From: Iphione sp. A-MEVVRFRX5
Taxonomy: Eukaryota
DNA: 64,000 nt
Reading direction: 5' to 3'
Assembly: GCA_976226885.1 (NCBI GenBank)
Contig: OZ320320.1
Span: 36,828,001-36,892,000 of the forward strand
Positions 47,885 through 59,100 of this stretch are shown one piece after another (within the stretch, counting starts at the first letter, position 1; the number at the start of each line of letters is the position of its first letter). A program made the translations under genes and the position numbers. The notes beneath the pieces are model-generated. The model had not been told where the DNA came from, ran no database searches, and saw only the letters and a program-made list of their open reading frames with translations.

Positions 47885-48595
47885 GAACTACTTTTGGGCA
47901 ATGTTTTATATAGGTAGTGTGGCAAGCACCTTTCAATCCTTTATGGACAGAGTCATTCAAGTTTACAATCCTTGGTTCTGCTTGACGGGTCACACAGAGG
48001 ACCTGGTTCTACCAGCTGACTGGAGTGTGGAAAGAGATAACATGGTATTCCTTTTCAGTGTGAAGAAAGTAGGACATGTGTCATATGTTTTAGTAAAAAA
48101 ACATTGTACAAACACAAAAGTTTAGTAATCATCCCTCTTTTGCCTCAAAGTATTCTAACAGATCAATCATTTTAAATATTAATGTAATTTTGTTTAATCA
48201 CATCAGTATAAAAGGACATTCCCATGGCCGGTACTACTTTCAGGCAATGTTTTACATAGGTAGTGTAAGAAGCACCTTCAGCAGCCAATCACCCCCGTCC
48301 CGCAATCCCGTGTCGCATGAATTGGTAGCCACACGATTGTGCAGGCTCCTGTAATTTGATCCCTTTCCCCCGTCTATGAGCGCCTCCCCGTAAAACCCAC
48401 TGTGTCATATGGTTTTTAATAATAGGCATCGTACATAGACAAAAAAATGAATAACCATCCCTCTCTTCCCCTCGAATATCACCATGGCTCAATCAGTATA
48501 AAAAAAATAATGTATTTTAATATAATCACATCAGTGTGAGATGACAATCCCATGATCAGAACTACATTCATGTAACGTTTTATATAGGTAGTGTA
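47885..48595 (+). repeat. Diverged tandem duplication, period about 325-345 bp, 2 long copies plus 1 partial
   Basis: taggtagtgt at 47911, 48257 and 48585; tgtgtcatatg at 48077 and 48401; the sequence between these anchors aligns by eye. Confidence 0.75.
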
Positions 48596-49447
48596 ACCAC
48601 AGAAGGTCTGCGAGGAGAGGCGGGTTGGGACAATCCAACAAGGAATTGGTCTGGAACCCAGTGTGAGCTCCCAGATGAACTATCCCGAACGCCCTTTTTA
48701 ATATGCCCTTGATTGACTTCCTCGTCTGACATCCACAGTGCCCCTCTTCGTCATTTTATGCGAAAATCAAGGCAACTCACGCGGGTGGCCACGTGCCGTC
48801 GAGAGTACGCACGTGGCGACACGCCAAAGCCATGGCCGCGGCGTTCTCCTGACATGTGATGGCCAGATCAGTGGCTACATATGCCACATGTGTATGCATG
48901 TCACTGGACTAGGTTACGGGGGCCTTCATGTGACCATTGACATGTTTGTAAACCGGTGGGTCAGAATGACACGTATGGAAAACTCACATCAGAGCAAGTT
49001 GCACGAACGGGAGTCACAGTCTTCGTGACAACGCACTAGGTCTGTGTGCGGTTTTCATGTACAACGAAATAAGTGTATTGTAACAAGCTAACGAGGTTTA
49101 ACTCATGAATTCAAGCTGTTATTGTTCAGAATTTGGGCCAAGTTTTGAGGTTACCAAAGATTTGCTTGCAGCTATGTACAGGTATTTATCGTTTTCACCT
49201 TGCCGCTTCATTCAAACTGTCCGCCCGATTTCAAAATGTTATCAATGTGAGTCGTTACTATAGTATATAATACTGAATACAGACGTATATGAATGGATGG
49301 AGCGATGTAGGGACGGAAAGCTGGTACCATTGATGAGTAGACGGACGAGCAGAGGGACATTATTCATTGACTGACGATCATTTGGACAGAAAGACCCTCA
49401 TACGTAAAACTGTAATATAACCTCGAAGTTCTCGCTTCTTCTCACAG

Positions 49448-50612
49448 AGACGACGAGGGCCGAGACTTGGTAGGCAAGCGCGGCTCAGAGTTCAAGTTGC
49501 CCTACCCAATCATCGACACGGACACGTCGGGCCTGGGCTCGCCGCTCATGGAGGAGGACGTTGGCAAGAAGTCGCCACGCAACAAGAAGTCCAAGAACCA
49601 GCTTCGCGACTACCTGCACACCGGCCGCAAGCGGAAGACGCCCTATCGCGACGCCTTCAACGGCATCAACGGCTACCCGGCCTATTCGTCGCTGAACGGT
49701 TACCCCGGAGCGTGCCCTAGCGGCGAGGTGAAGGCGGATATCATGTACCCGTATGCCGGCAATAATTTCGGCCTCGACTCGGCCGCCAGTGACCTGTATG
49801 CCCGCACGGCAGCCGCCGGGTACACCACCTTCCCCGGCTCGGGGCTGTACCCGGCGTCGGCCGAGGGGTTCCGGTTGGAAGCCGACAAGCACGCTTACCC
49901 GAACGGCTACTACCTGGAGCCGCGACAGTACCAGCACACTCTGCAATACCATGGCAACGGCTATTCGGACTATATGGCCGCCTCAGGCGCCAAGTACCCC
50001 TATGACCTCAAGTACGGTTACGAGCACATGAGCTCGGCGTATGGGCTGGACCTGTCGAAGCGGACGCCGTACGAGGAGGAGATGGCCAAGTACGAGACCG
50101 ACATCCGCAAGTACAGCCACGATTACTCGTCCGACAAGTACTCGCGCGTCAACGGCGCGCTCGACCCGCGGACTAGCTCGCTGTACAGCGCCGCATCCGC
50201 TCCGCTGCTCAACAGCGACAGTCTGGCATCGTCGTGTGCTAACTTGCCGCACAGCAGCACCGCCTCGCCCTGCTCCGTCTACCGAACAGACACTACCAAC
50301 GGCAGCGGTGGCGGAAGCGGGACGGGCGGTACGGGTGGCGCTACGCCCACAGCGTCGACCGCTGATCGCGTGTACGGCGACGCAGTGACGCTAGCGTCGA
50401 GCCTGGTCGGTGGCGGGGGCGTCAAGGACACTAAGACCATGATGGACACTGAACCCAAGGCAGCCATACCTAACGGTCATGCTTCGGTGATTCGCAACGC
50501 TAGCCCACGTACCAAGTCGCCGCGCGCCGATCGGACGTCGGGCGCGTCGGCGGCCGGCATGTATGGGGAGAGTACCAGCGTCCTGGCCAGCTGTGGGAAC
50601 GCCAACTGGCCG
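49448..50612 (+). CDS. AHR: AHR large C-terminal exon (DDEGRDLVGKRGSEFK...GNANWP)
   Basis: Acceptor cttcttctcacag continues the frame from the PAS-B exon; DDEGRDLVGKR resembles the post-PAS-B AHR motif; GC3-rich codons; donor CCG|gtaggt. The 3' boundary is less certain than the 5'. Confidence 0.88.
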
Positions 50613-50859
50613 GTAGGTAGCGACAAACAGCAGAAGATAAAGTTCTTATCAGAGATGAGAGTTGTTTACGTCAAATCTCTTTGTCTATTAAACCATTGCA
50701 TATATACCATTTTGTTTGAAAACCTGATACGGAAAGCGTGAATGAAATCAGTTAAGATTAACACACAGGGTCACAACGAATTTTGATTGTGTAGTTTTTG
50801 CCAAGCATGAATAATGAAAAATACACATTTTCAATTATGAACTCTTCCTACTTTTTTAG

Positions 50860-51056
50860 AGTAACACAGCCCTGAAGGGTAGCCCTCACGGCACGCCCGA
50901 TCAGACCAACGACATGGCCTCGCGCATCATCTCCCCGGGAGCTGCTCCCAAACAGGAATCCGGAGTAGCTCTCAGCTCAGGAACACCTCAGAGCAACTCC
51001 TCCCCAGCCACGGCCACCACAGCGACCTCCGTTATTCAACAGTCGGGTCGCTCCAG
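50860..51056 (+). CDS. AHR: AHR C-terminal exon, S/T/P-rich (SNTALKGSPHG...QQSGRS)
   Basis: Acceptor cttcctacttttttag and donor CCAG|gtaggg; open frame with phases matching both neighbours; GC-rich relative to the flanking intron. Confidence 0.7.
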
Positions 51057-51488
51057 GTAGGGCACTTTACGGGTCGTCAGATACTGCAGGTTTGGCCGTT
51101 CCCTCAGCTTCCTTATAATGTACATGTATTGTGAATTGGGATCAGGGAGTGTGCATGCTTGCTGGTCTTTTTCAAGATGTGTCATTTCTTAACTTTCCAT
51201 TGTTGCTTCAGCTGTGTTACAGAGTCTTCAGTGATACAATAATTCTTACTGAATCAAAGACGTTACGTTTTGTAAGTTTCATTTGTAAAACTACTTGCAC
51301 AAGCCTAGAAGTAACCGAGTTACATGTATGTGTTTTCACGACTTCGTCAGCTCCACCTCTCCCCTGGTGCAAAGGACCATTTCCGTACTACTATGCTAAA
51401 GTGGGCTGTCCACCATCTCCCTGTACACCCCATGCTCGTTGGTTCGGTAGCTCAGCTCTCACCTTAACGATAACAGTGTCATCTACAG

Positions 51489-51759
51489 GTCGTGTGAGAA
51501 ACAGACAGCGGCGGCGGCAGGAGGAGGCGGGGGCGGAGGCGGGGGTACCACGCCGCTAGGGGGCATCGCCGTGCCGGTGGTAAAGTCATCGTCGTGGCTG
51601 CACCACCTTCCCACGTCAGCCACACCCTACGACTGGCACACCTCCACCACTGACCCATACGGTCAGCGGTCGGCGGCGGCCGCTCTCCGGTCAGATATGC
51701 ATGCGGGAGCTGCGGTAGACACGGGCCACATGTCTCGGGGTGTGATCGAGGCCCCCAAG
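51489..51759 (+). CDS. AHR: AHR C-terminal exon, A/G-rich (SCEKQTAAAAGGGGGGGG...VIEAPK)
   Basis: Acceptor gtcatctacag and donor AAG|gtaggt; phase 2 in, phase 0 out; overlaps ORF 51571..51813 in the same frame. Confidence 0.7.
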
Positions 51760-53000
51760 GTAGGTAAGCATCGTTCGGCTTGCTTCTTCTCATCCTCCTC
51801 CTCCTTTGGTTGAGTTTTTACTGCGCACCTGCCGGCCGCGCGGAGAGGCGCGCTTCTTCTTCCGCCGCAGTCGCCCGCCTGACACGCCCTCTGTTGCTGA
51901 CTAGAGTCACTAGCGATATAACAACCCGCTGCTACGGCTCTCCTCTAAGTTGGGGGCACAGGTGGGTGAGTAGATCTGGAGGGATTCGACGAGTAGCTCA
52001 TGAAATGGGGAAGTGTTCACATCGCGTACTATTCATAACACAAATTCTTCAAAAATAACGCAAACAAGAACCTGATCAGGACATTCGTGGGGCAAACATC
52101 ACTAAAGTATATTTGGGCAAAAAGCCGGGCACGTCATAACTTCCAGGTTAAGTTCACTGTCGAAATCCCGCACACCACATTTGTCTAGGAATACAACCAG
52201 ACCCATTGTTGCAACCCCCGTCTACGTGGATAAACCTGTCAGTTGGTCGCCATATTAGAAAGTAACCACTTCGAAATTCCACGAGCAATGTGCATGGGCC
52301 TTCTGACATGAATTTTGACCATCACGAAGAGATCGAAGCTCACTGCTATTTCTTTTATTTGCATATACTCCAAGCAAGATATTTCTGTCGTAAAATTTTC
52401 TCTGAATATTATGCAGTTTGCAATATTACACTGTCGCTTGTAAATCCGTGCACAATTTCCATACGTTCCATACATATCTGCACTCCGTAACGTTGCACAC
52501 TTTGATTATCCCTGTCCCCCGTCAGACGAGAGGACCAGTCCTGATCAGTAACCGCTTCATCGTGGCATCTGAATTATTCCACATCATTTAGACTAAGTTT
52601 GAATGGTTTAGCGCATTGATATCGTCTGTACATACATGAACATCTACCCCATTTCATCACAGTCAATGATGCGTATACGTTTTTGCTATCCATGTACATA
52701 TATACAAATGTAATGAAGTCACTCCATAGAAAGTAGAGGACGTAAATACATGTGCTCACGTAGCCGATGACGAAGTGGTTCGTCCGTCATAATAGCATAA
52801 GAAAACTCTCGCAGAGGAAAGTTGTCTTGAGAATCCGTACTAAATGAGATATAAATATATTCAGTTCAGACCGCATCAGTGTGCTTGCACTTGAAGGACA
52901 AGATCTTCAAGGTAATGATGGTATGGATAACCGAGTACGTAGTTGGCTATTGTGCGTGCGATTTTGCTGACTGGGCGACGTTTTCTCTTTGTGTTTTTAG

Positions 53001-53114
53001 TTTTCTACAATGAGGAGTGGTGACCGCAGCAAAGACGACGATGAGATGGTGGCCGGTGTCAACCCGCTCCTGTCCTTCTCCGAGGTCACACAGACTTTGC
53101 TCAACAGCAACTAA
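53001..53114 (+). CDS. AHR: AHR terminal coding exon (FSTMRSGDRSKDDDEMVAGVNPLLSFSEVTQTLLNSN-stop)
   Basis: Strong acceptor ttttctctttgtgtttttag; phase-0 frame open to TAA at 53112-53114. Confidence 0.7.
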   Translation, partial: FSTMRSGDRSKDDDEMVAGVNPLLSFSEVTQTLLNSN

Positions 53115-56100
53115 CTGCCACCACAGGGCACCAGCGCCACGGCCGCGCCAGCAGAGGACGATGGCGCCAACCAGGACGCCAAAGATGGCGCCAGTTCAGG
53201 CGCTCCACCGGGCGCCGACGCCAACGCCGAAGCAGGCGCAGGATTGGCGGGAACGAGGCAGCTCGGACTTGTGGTGGAGATAGACGCGCCATGAACAATC
53301 TCCATCGTAGAGCTCCTCGGGACTACATCAGCCAATCAAGGAGTTTAACTCCCTCAACAAACGTAAGGCAGCACGTGCAGGAACCAACCAATCACAGTCA
53401 TTCCATTCTGTCACTGCGGGGGGTGTCTTTTATTATTTCCTCCCTTTTGATTGTCTTCTCTCTCTCCCCTGACGTGTAGAGAGAGATACCAAGGATAAAA
53501 CAAAATTACGATATCAGTTTATCGTTGTCTGTCCAAGAGTGAAAACAAAGTCTGGACTGTGACCGTCTGAAGTAGCAGGTAAAGACTCGGTGAGAGGGTT
53601 CCTTGTTGTCTCCAGGGGAATATGGACACTACAAATTACCCTGAGGCAGCCAAAGGCACCCCCTTTACCACAACTGGGACGCCCTCGCTGGTATAGTGTG
53701 TAAATTTGTAGGAATGGTTAGCATTACTCCCAAACAATGCTTAAACAACACATTGTTTTCTATCTTGTATAGACAAGCGACGAAATGGTTCATACTGACC
53801 GATATACGTATAAATACATATATATCTCAGTCAGTGGTATCTTGTGTTATGACAGGGGTTTTCTTTTTCCAAGTCACATTTAGTGATAGTGATGGTGGAC
53901 AAGGATACAACTGTGCCATTGGGTCTGGTCAAAAGAGGGTTTGTAAAATACAGAGACATGATAACTGGCGTAAACTGAGAGTTTTACTGATGAACTGGAC
54001 AGATGAATATAATCAAAGTGTACAGAATCGAAGTTTTTCATCAATGTGTAGTTGTGAGGAATAAAATCATAATTTGGTCGGCAAACGGTGGCCTGAACTT
54101 CCCAGGATTTCCAAGGATAATATATAATCAGCAACAGGGTAACTTGCCCCATGCGGCTATAGCGACGTAGAACCAACATGTCCGCCATGAACATTCTCAG
54201 CCGGTGAGAGAAGGGACTCTTCCTCGGCCGCTTGGACTCTTCGTCTCTCTGATCACACAGTCAGTCCTCTACAGGGCGAGGACGCAGCAATAAGCCGCCC
54301 GCAGAGGGAGCTGGCGTCGACGGGGAAGGCCCGGATATGTTGCGGTAGAATATAGGTGGAGCAGTGGCTTGGCCTGGGGGTAGACGTCACGACGTAAGTT
54401 GGTAATCTTCAGCAGATTCAGTCATTTACGAAGCCGTCACTGAGGCCTTGTATGAAAAACATGACTGAATTTACGACCGAAAAAAAAAATGATCTGAATA
54501 TGAGGTCCACGTTTGAAACGAGGACTGAAACTCTCCGAAGTAGCTGCGGTTCAGGTTATGACTGAAGGGAAACTCTTCGGTCAGGACTAAGGTGTGGACT
54601 GAAAGAAGGTTGAAGAACTGATCGAGGCCACGATTGATGTTGTACTAGTGAACATGGCTGATTTCTGTCTGAAGCCACCAGCACCCCTTGCCGAAGAGAC
54701 TGGCTATGTTCAGCGGTTTTGAGGGCCGAAGCCACTGTTATCGGCACACCAACCTAGGTGCTTAACGCTTCTATAATTTATTGAAAATATTTGTAATAAA
54801 CTTGGATGTAAGTACACGGTCCACGTAGTGTAGTCTAATGTTATGCTAGCCCTAGTCTAGGGGGGAATATATTATTATTGCGATTATTATTTTCCATATC
54901 ACTGTAATCGAAAGGGGTGGTTTTAACGCAAAACGAGGTCCATTGATTTAGTTGAATGTCAAAAAACTTGCCATATTATCTTTTGTTGAGACTGCCACAG
55001 AGTCGTGGTGATGCGTGTTTGGAAAATGTATTTATTTGTCAGTCACTTACAGTTTATTATCAAAACTATAAATGGAAATGGACTCATACAAATCAAATGA
55101 TCAGGAGAGTCCGTGCTATGAAAAAAATAGAGGAGGTGGCCATATCGAATTTTTGCCGTTTGATCTCAGTTGTCTGGCACAGTTCTAAAAAAGTATAAAT
55201 ATTGGATGCTCACAGACATGTTGTTGTGTATAGTTCCCCGTGTCCATTTATAAAAACATATTTATTGTATAAAAACTGTGGGTGGAAAAATCTCAAGTAA
55301 ATAAGCAATCGTCGGATGATGAATAATAACGTGTGGTTGTGGCGTGATTGTGCTTGGCAAGAGTTGCGATTTGAACTATGTGTCCCATAAACGTTGTAGT
55401 CTGACTTGATTTTAACGTCTGAAAGAGTCTCCGCCCTATTGAATTGTACAGAGTATATATTCACCTCCAGTATCCTCCTCGTGCGGCCGGAAAGAACTGC
55501 GGTCATAGCTCAATCAGATTAGTTGGTATGGGCCATGCAGCGTACCACTCCTCTCCCGTCTTCGAGCGTGTGGACGGTTTAAACCTATCCTCAAAACTCT
55601 TTGTCTACTTGTATATTTTCCCACGATGTCTAAAAAGGCAATCCAAGGTTTTCGTTATTAATCTAAGTGTGACCGTTGTCGGCTATATATTTCCGGTAAG
55701 TTTAGAAGTTTAAAGAAAAAGCGAAGCGGTTGCAAGGGTCTGTGTCCAATGTGCCAATAGTAAAAGTTTCGGACTTTTTGGCTTTTGAGAAACATGGGGG
55801 GGGGGGGGGGCGGTGAACCACCTTTATAGAAATGTCTATGTCCTGAACTGAGGCTCCATGCCACTTCGTGGGGGAATCTAACGTTTGCTGCAAAAATACG
55901 ATTGAACCTTGTATAAAATACGAGAACCTCGTGTGGTGTTTTTACGATAGTTCTTGGATGCATTCAATTCAATGGCCCTATCCAGGATGCCAGGCAAACG
56001 TGTCACGTCTATATAGTCGATGTATATGAAATTCCCTGTACAGATCACCTGTGAGGTTTACATGTATAAATGAGACAGAAAGAGAGTAGAGACTGAAGCT

Positions 56101-59100
56101 CCCAAGATAAACCAAAGCTATCTTTTTTCGAAAAACATGTTTAGTATTATGGTGTATATTTACTGTGTACAGATTTGAGAAATTAGCGATAGGGAGAGAT
56201 AATCTTTTACGGAGTATCCTATGGAAAGAAATATGATAGACATTAATTCCTCATTGATTTCACATTATTTAATAACTTACTTCGCGATCAGCTCTCTCCA
56301 GACCATCGTAATAATAAATAGTGTCTCTTCTAGCCTGTTGACGTAATTTGTGCCTGATTGTCTTCCCGAGGTTATTTCCACATTTCAAAGGGTCCTATTT
56401 TGTGTTGATATCTACGTCAGTATTGTGTTCAATAAGTATAGCCACTTGTATCTCCCAGAGATTCCCATGGCAACATGTGGAACGTACGATTTGAGTGCCG
56501 GTAAATTATTGACAATGAACGATAAATCAGTATTACACATTCAGTTCCTAAAACAGAAGGCCAACGAAATCCACTGGGCTCTCCCTTACCAACAATAAAC
56601 AGTCCTGGCTGCCCATTGGCCTTTTTCTCTCTCATTCGTTTCCAATTCCCATGGCCTGTACAATGCTGCTTCTTTGCCTGAACGGATGGGTGCAAGGAGT
56701 TCATTTTCACTTGTCAAAAAAAAGCTTCAAATACTGGCCCTCTGCGAATCGCCTGTCCCTCCCAGGTAAGGGCTTGCACACAGGAGCAGATGAACCTTCC
56801 CTATACAGTTACATTATTACTATTGTACATTGATCTTGGCTCATGCGACGGTACGGAGGGGGTGCAGTCGTTCGAGGGGGCTGCCGAGTGTCGAGCTGGG
56901 TTTACCTTTCTGTCCCTCCCCCCCAGCGTCTTCAAGTGTATAGAGGAAAGCCTCACAACGACCACCCCTTCAACCAGCCGTTCTTGGTGCAATAAAATAT
57001 TGTTGTAAAACAAACTGAACTGACATGCATCATGTGTTGTTCTTACTCTAATTCGCTAATCTTATATACAGCGCATGATTGTATTATAGAGAGATCTGTA
57101 CACATTGAAAACTCGGTAACTGAATGAGTGGAAGCCACATTATGGGCATAGTTTTGGATAAGGCCACAAGTAGTACGTACACAAGACAGATTTGTCCGGG
57201 GTGATAATCTACAATTACAGTCAAATGTTGTTATAAAGACAACTTTTGGTTCTGAGTGAAACTGTCCTTAATTCTGGTATGTCCACATTTTGGTATCCCC
57301 TTAATGTTGCATTTGACCTTATGTAAAAATAAGTAAATGGGATCTGAAGTGCAGTAGAACTCTGGTCATTTCCACGGTATGGTTTGTTTGTAACGTAGCG
57401 TTTAACATAATCTGTAGTTTGGCAATGTAGTCAACGAAATTTATTCAGAAATGCATTATCGGGCACGGAGTCCAGTGGGACTTCATCATATGGACAGCTT
57501 AGAAATATGATCCACAGGTGAATGAGGCAACTTTTCCTCAGAACAGAGGGGTTTCCTGTGTATTTCAATAATGAAATATTTATGAATATGATCAACATGA
57601 TGATACAGTGGCCTCACGCTATGGTCATGCTGTTTGGGTACAAAAACATTTAACATCACCAATGTTCAAACATAGCCTATTCAAAAAACTCACTGAACCA
57701 GTAGTAAAAAAACACACTAAGTGTCATCAAACAGTAGGGTAACTTCATGCTGGTCTCGTGTTTTAGTCTAGAAAACCTCAGAAAATGACCCAAACTAAAT
57801 TCGTTGCATGGCACAATGAATCTTTAACGTGGACGTCTGCTTATTTTCTCCCGCCAAACGCACGATGGATATCAACAAAATGCTTGGGGAAATGATGCTT
57901 AACTTTCCTTATCTGTCAAAGATAATAGGGAACATTATCTTTTTTCCATTAAAAATATTTTATGATGGTTAGGAAGGGGAGGGGGCGACATGTCATATCT
58001 AAATCCATCTCTTATCTCAAGAAGGTGCCACCTTCCTATGGGTTCACAAATTTGACAAACGACTCTTTCTCCTTCTACAAATTTAACTTCTTTGTGTCTT
58101 CTTTTTTTTTACTTTCCACTTTTACAGAGTTTCTTTTCACACCTGTCGTCTTTCCATTCGGACCTGTTCCTCACAGCTGCATTCTGAAACTAACAAGTCC
58201 TCGCTAAACTATTTTCACAATGCCATCTTTGTGTTCTGCTATTCCTTTTTACTGGTCGTGGTTTTCTGATGGATTGTTTTGCTACATGATGTGGCGTTGT
58301 TATTTACTTTGCGGGAAAGTCGGACTTACCCCTTAAAAGTCGGTAATAACTGCGAAATCAATTCCCTTTGCATGTTTCGCTAAGGAAACCGAGGCATTCA
58401 TAACATTTTCCTTGTCAACCTTGTCTTTCCCTCTTCGTGTCTAAAACCCTGGACAATCCTGTGAGGCAAGCTGCAAAGGGGAAAAATTCACGATAAATGT
58501 ACGAAAACGTCTCATCTTTTTCCCCAAGCACTTTCAAGGACGCGCCGAGGCGAGAACGAAGTGAATTTTAACAACTCGCCCCGAGGATTTTCACCCAAAA
58601 GATATTTGTAAGCGGGCGACAGAGAAGAAATGACAAGGGAAAAAAAATAGAAAATTCAGTCGACATGCATCTGGCCGGTGGAGCCCTTCCCATCTTTGTG
58701 GTCTACAGGCCGACCGTTTGCACCTCGCCGTGTTCGCATGTCGAAACGAGAAGGATGGCGAAGGCGGCGGAGGTGTGCGGAGGGGAATAATGACCGGCCT
58801 CTGTCCACACATAAAATATAATGCCCTCCAATTGGGTGGCAGTTAATAATCAACCATGTTATGACTAGGTTCTCACTTAGCGGCTGGCTGCAGGGTGGAG
58901 GTGTTGGTGGTGGTAGTAGTGGTGGGCGGCTTGGGATGGTGTCGATGTGGTTGGGGGGGGCGTTGGAAGTAATTGCATTTTGAAGGATGAGCTTAGTGAC
59001 AAGATAATGAGGACCAATTGGCTACTTAGAGGAGCTGGCCCGCCAGCACCAACGCCCCAGCTGCGAGACCTGTTCCCCGGCCCGCTGCCCTCCACGCCCT

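Larger units (their letters stand above)
1796..53114 (+). other. AHR: AHR/spineless-family bHLH-PAS gene, 5'-partial, 11 coding exons in window
   Basis: Eleven exons with GT-AG boundaries join in consistent phases (2588 nt = 2 nt + 862 codons including the stop). The product has PAS-A ([16 protein letters not shown]...SDIIHQSALELIHSEDREDF), RSFTVRFRCLLDNTSGF and PAS-B (FKTKHKMD...GYDLIHPDD...IKTGSSG...ICTHR), all AHR-family motifs. The bHLH exon is not in the window. Confidence 0.95.

Noticed and set aside
49485-50467. Antisense and off-frame ORFs over the large AHR exon
   Set aside because: Expected shadows of GC3-rich coding sequence; no recognisable domain.
50613-50741. Last 43 codons of the 424-aa ORF
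   Set aside because: They follow a good donor (CCG|gtaggt), composition turns AT-rich, and a phase-compatible exon follows at 50860. Treated as intron.
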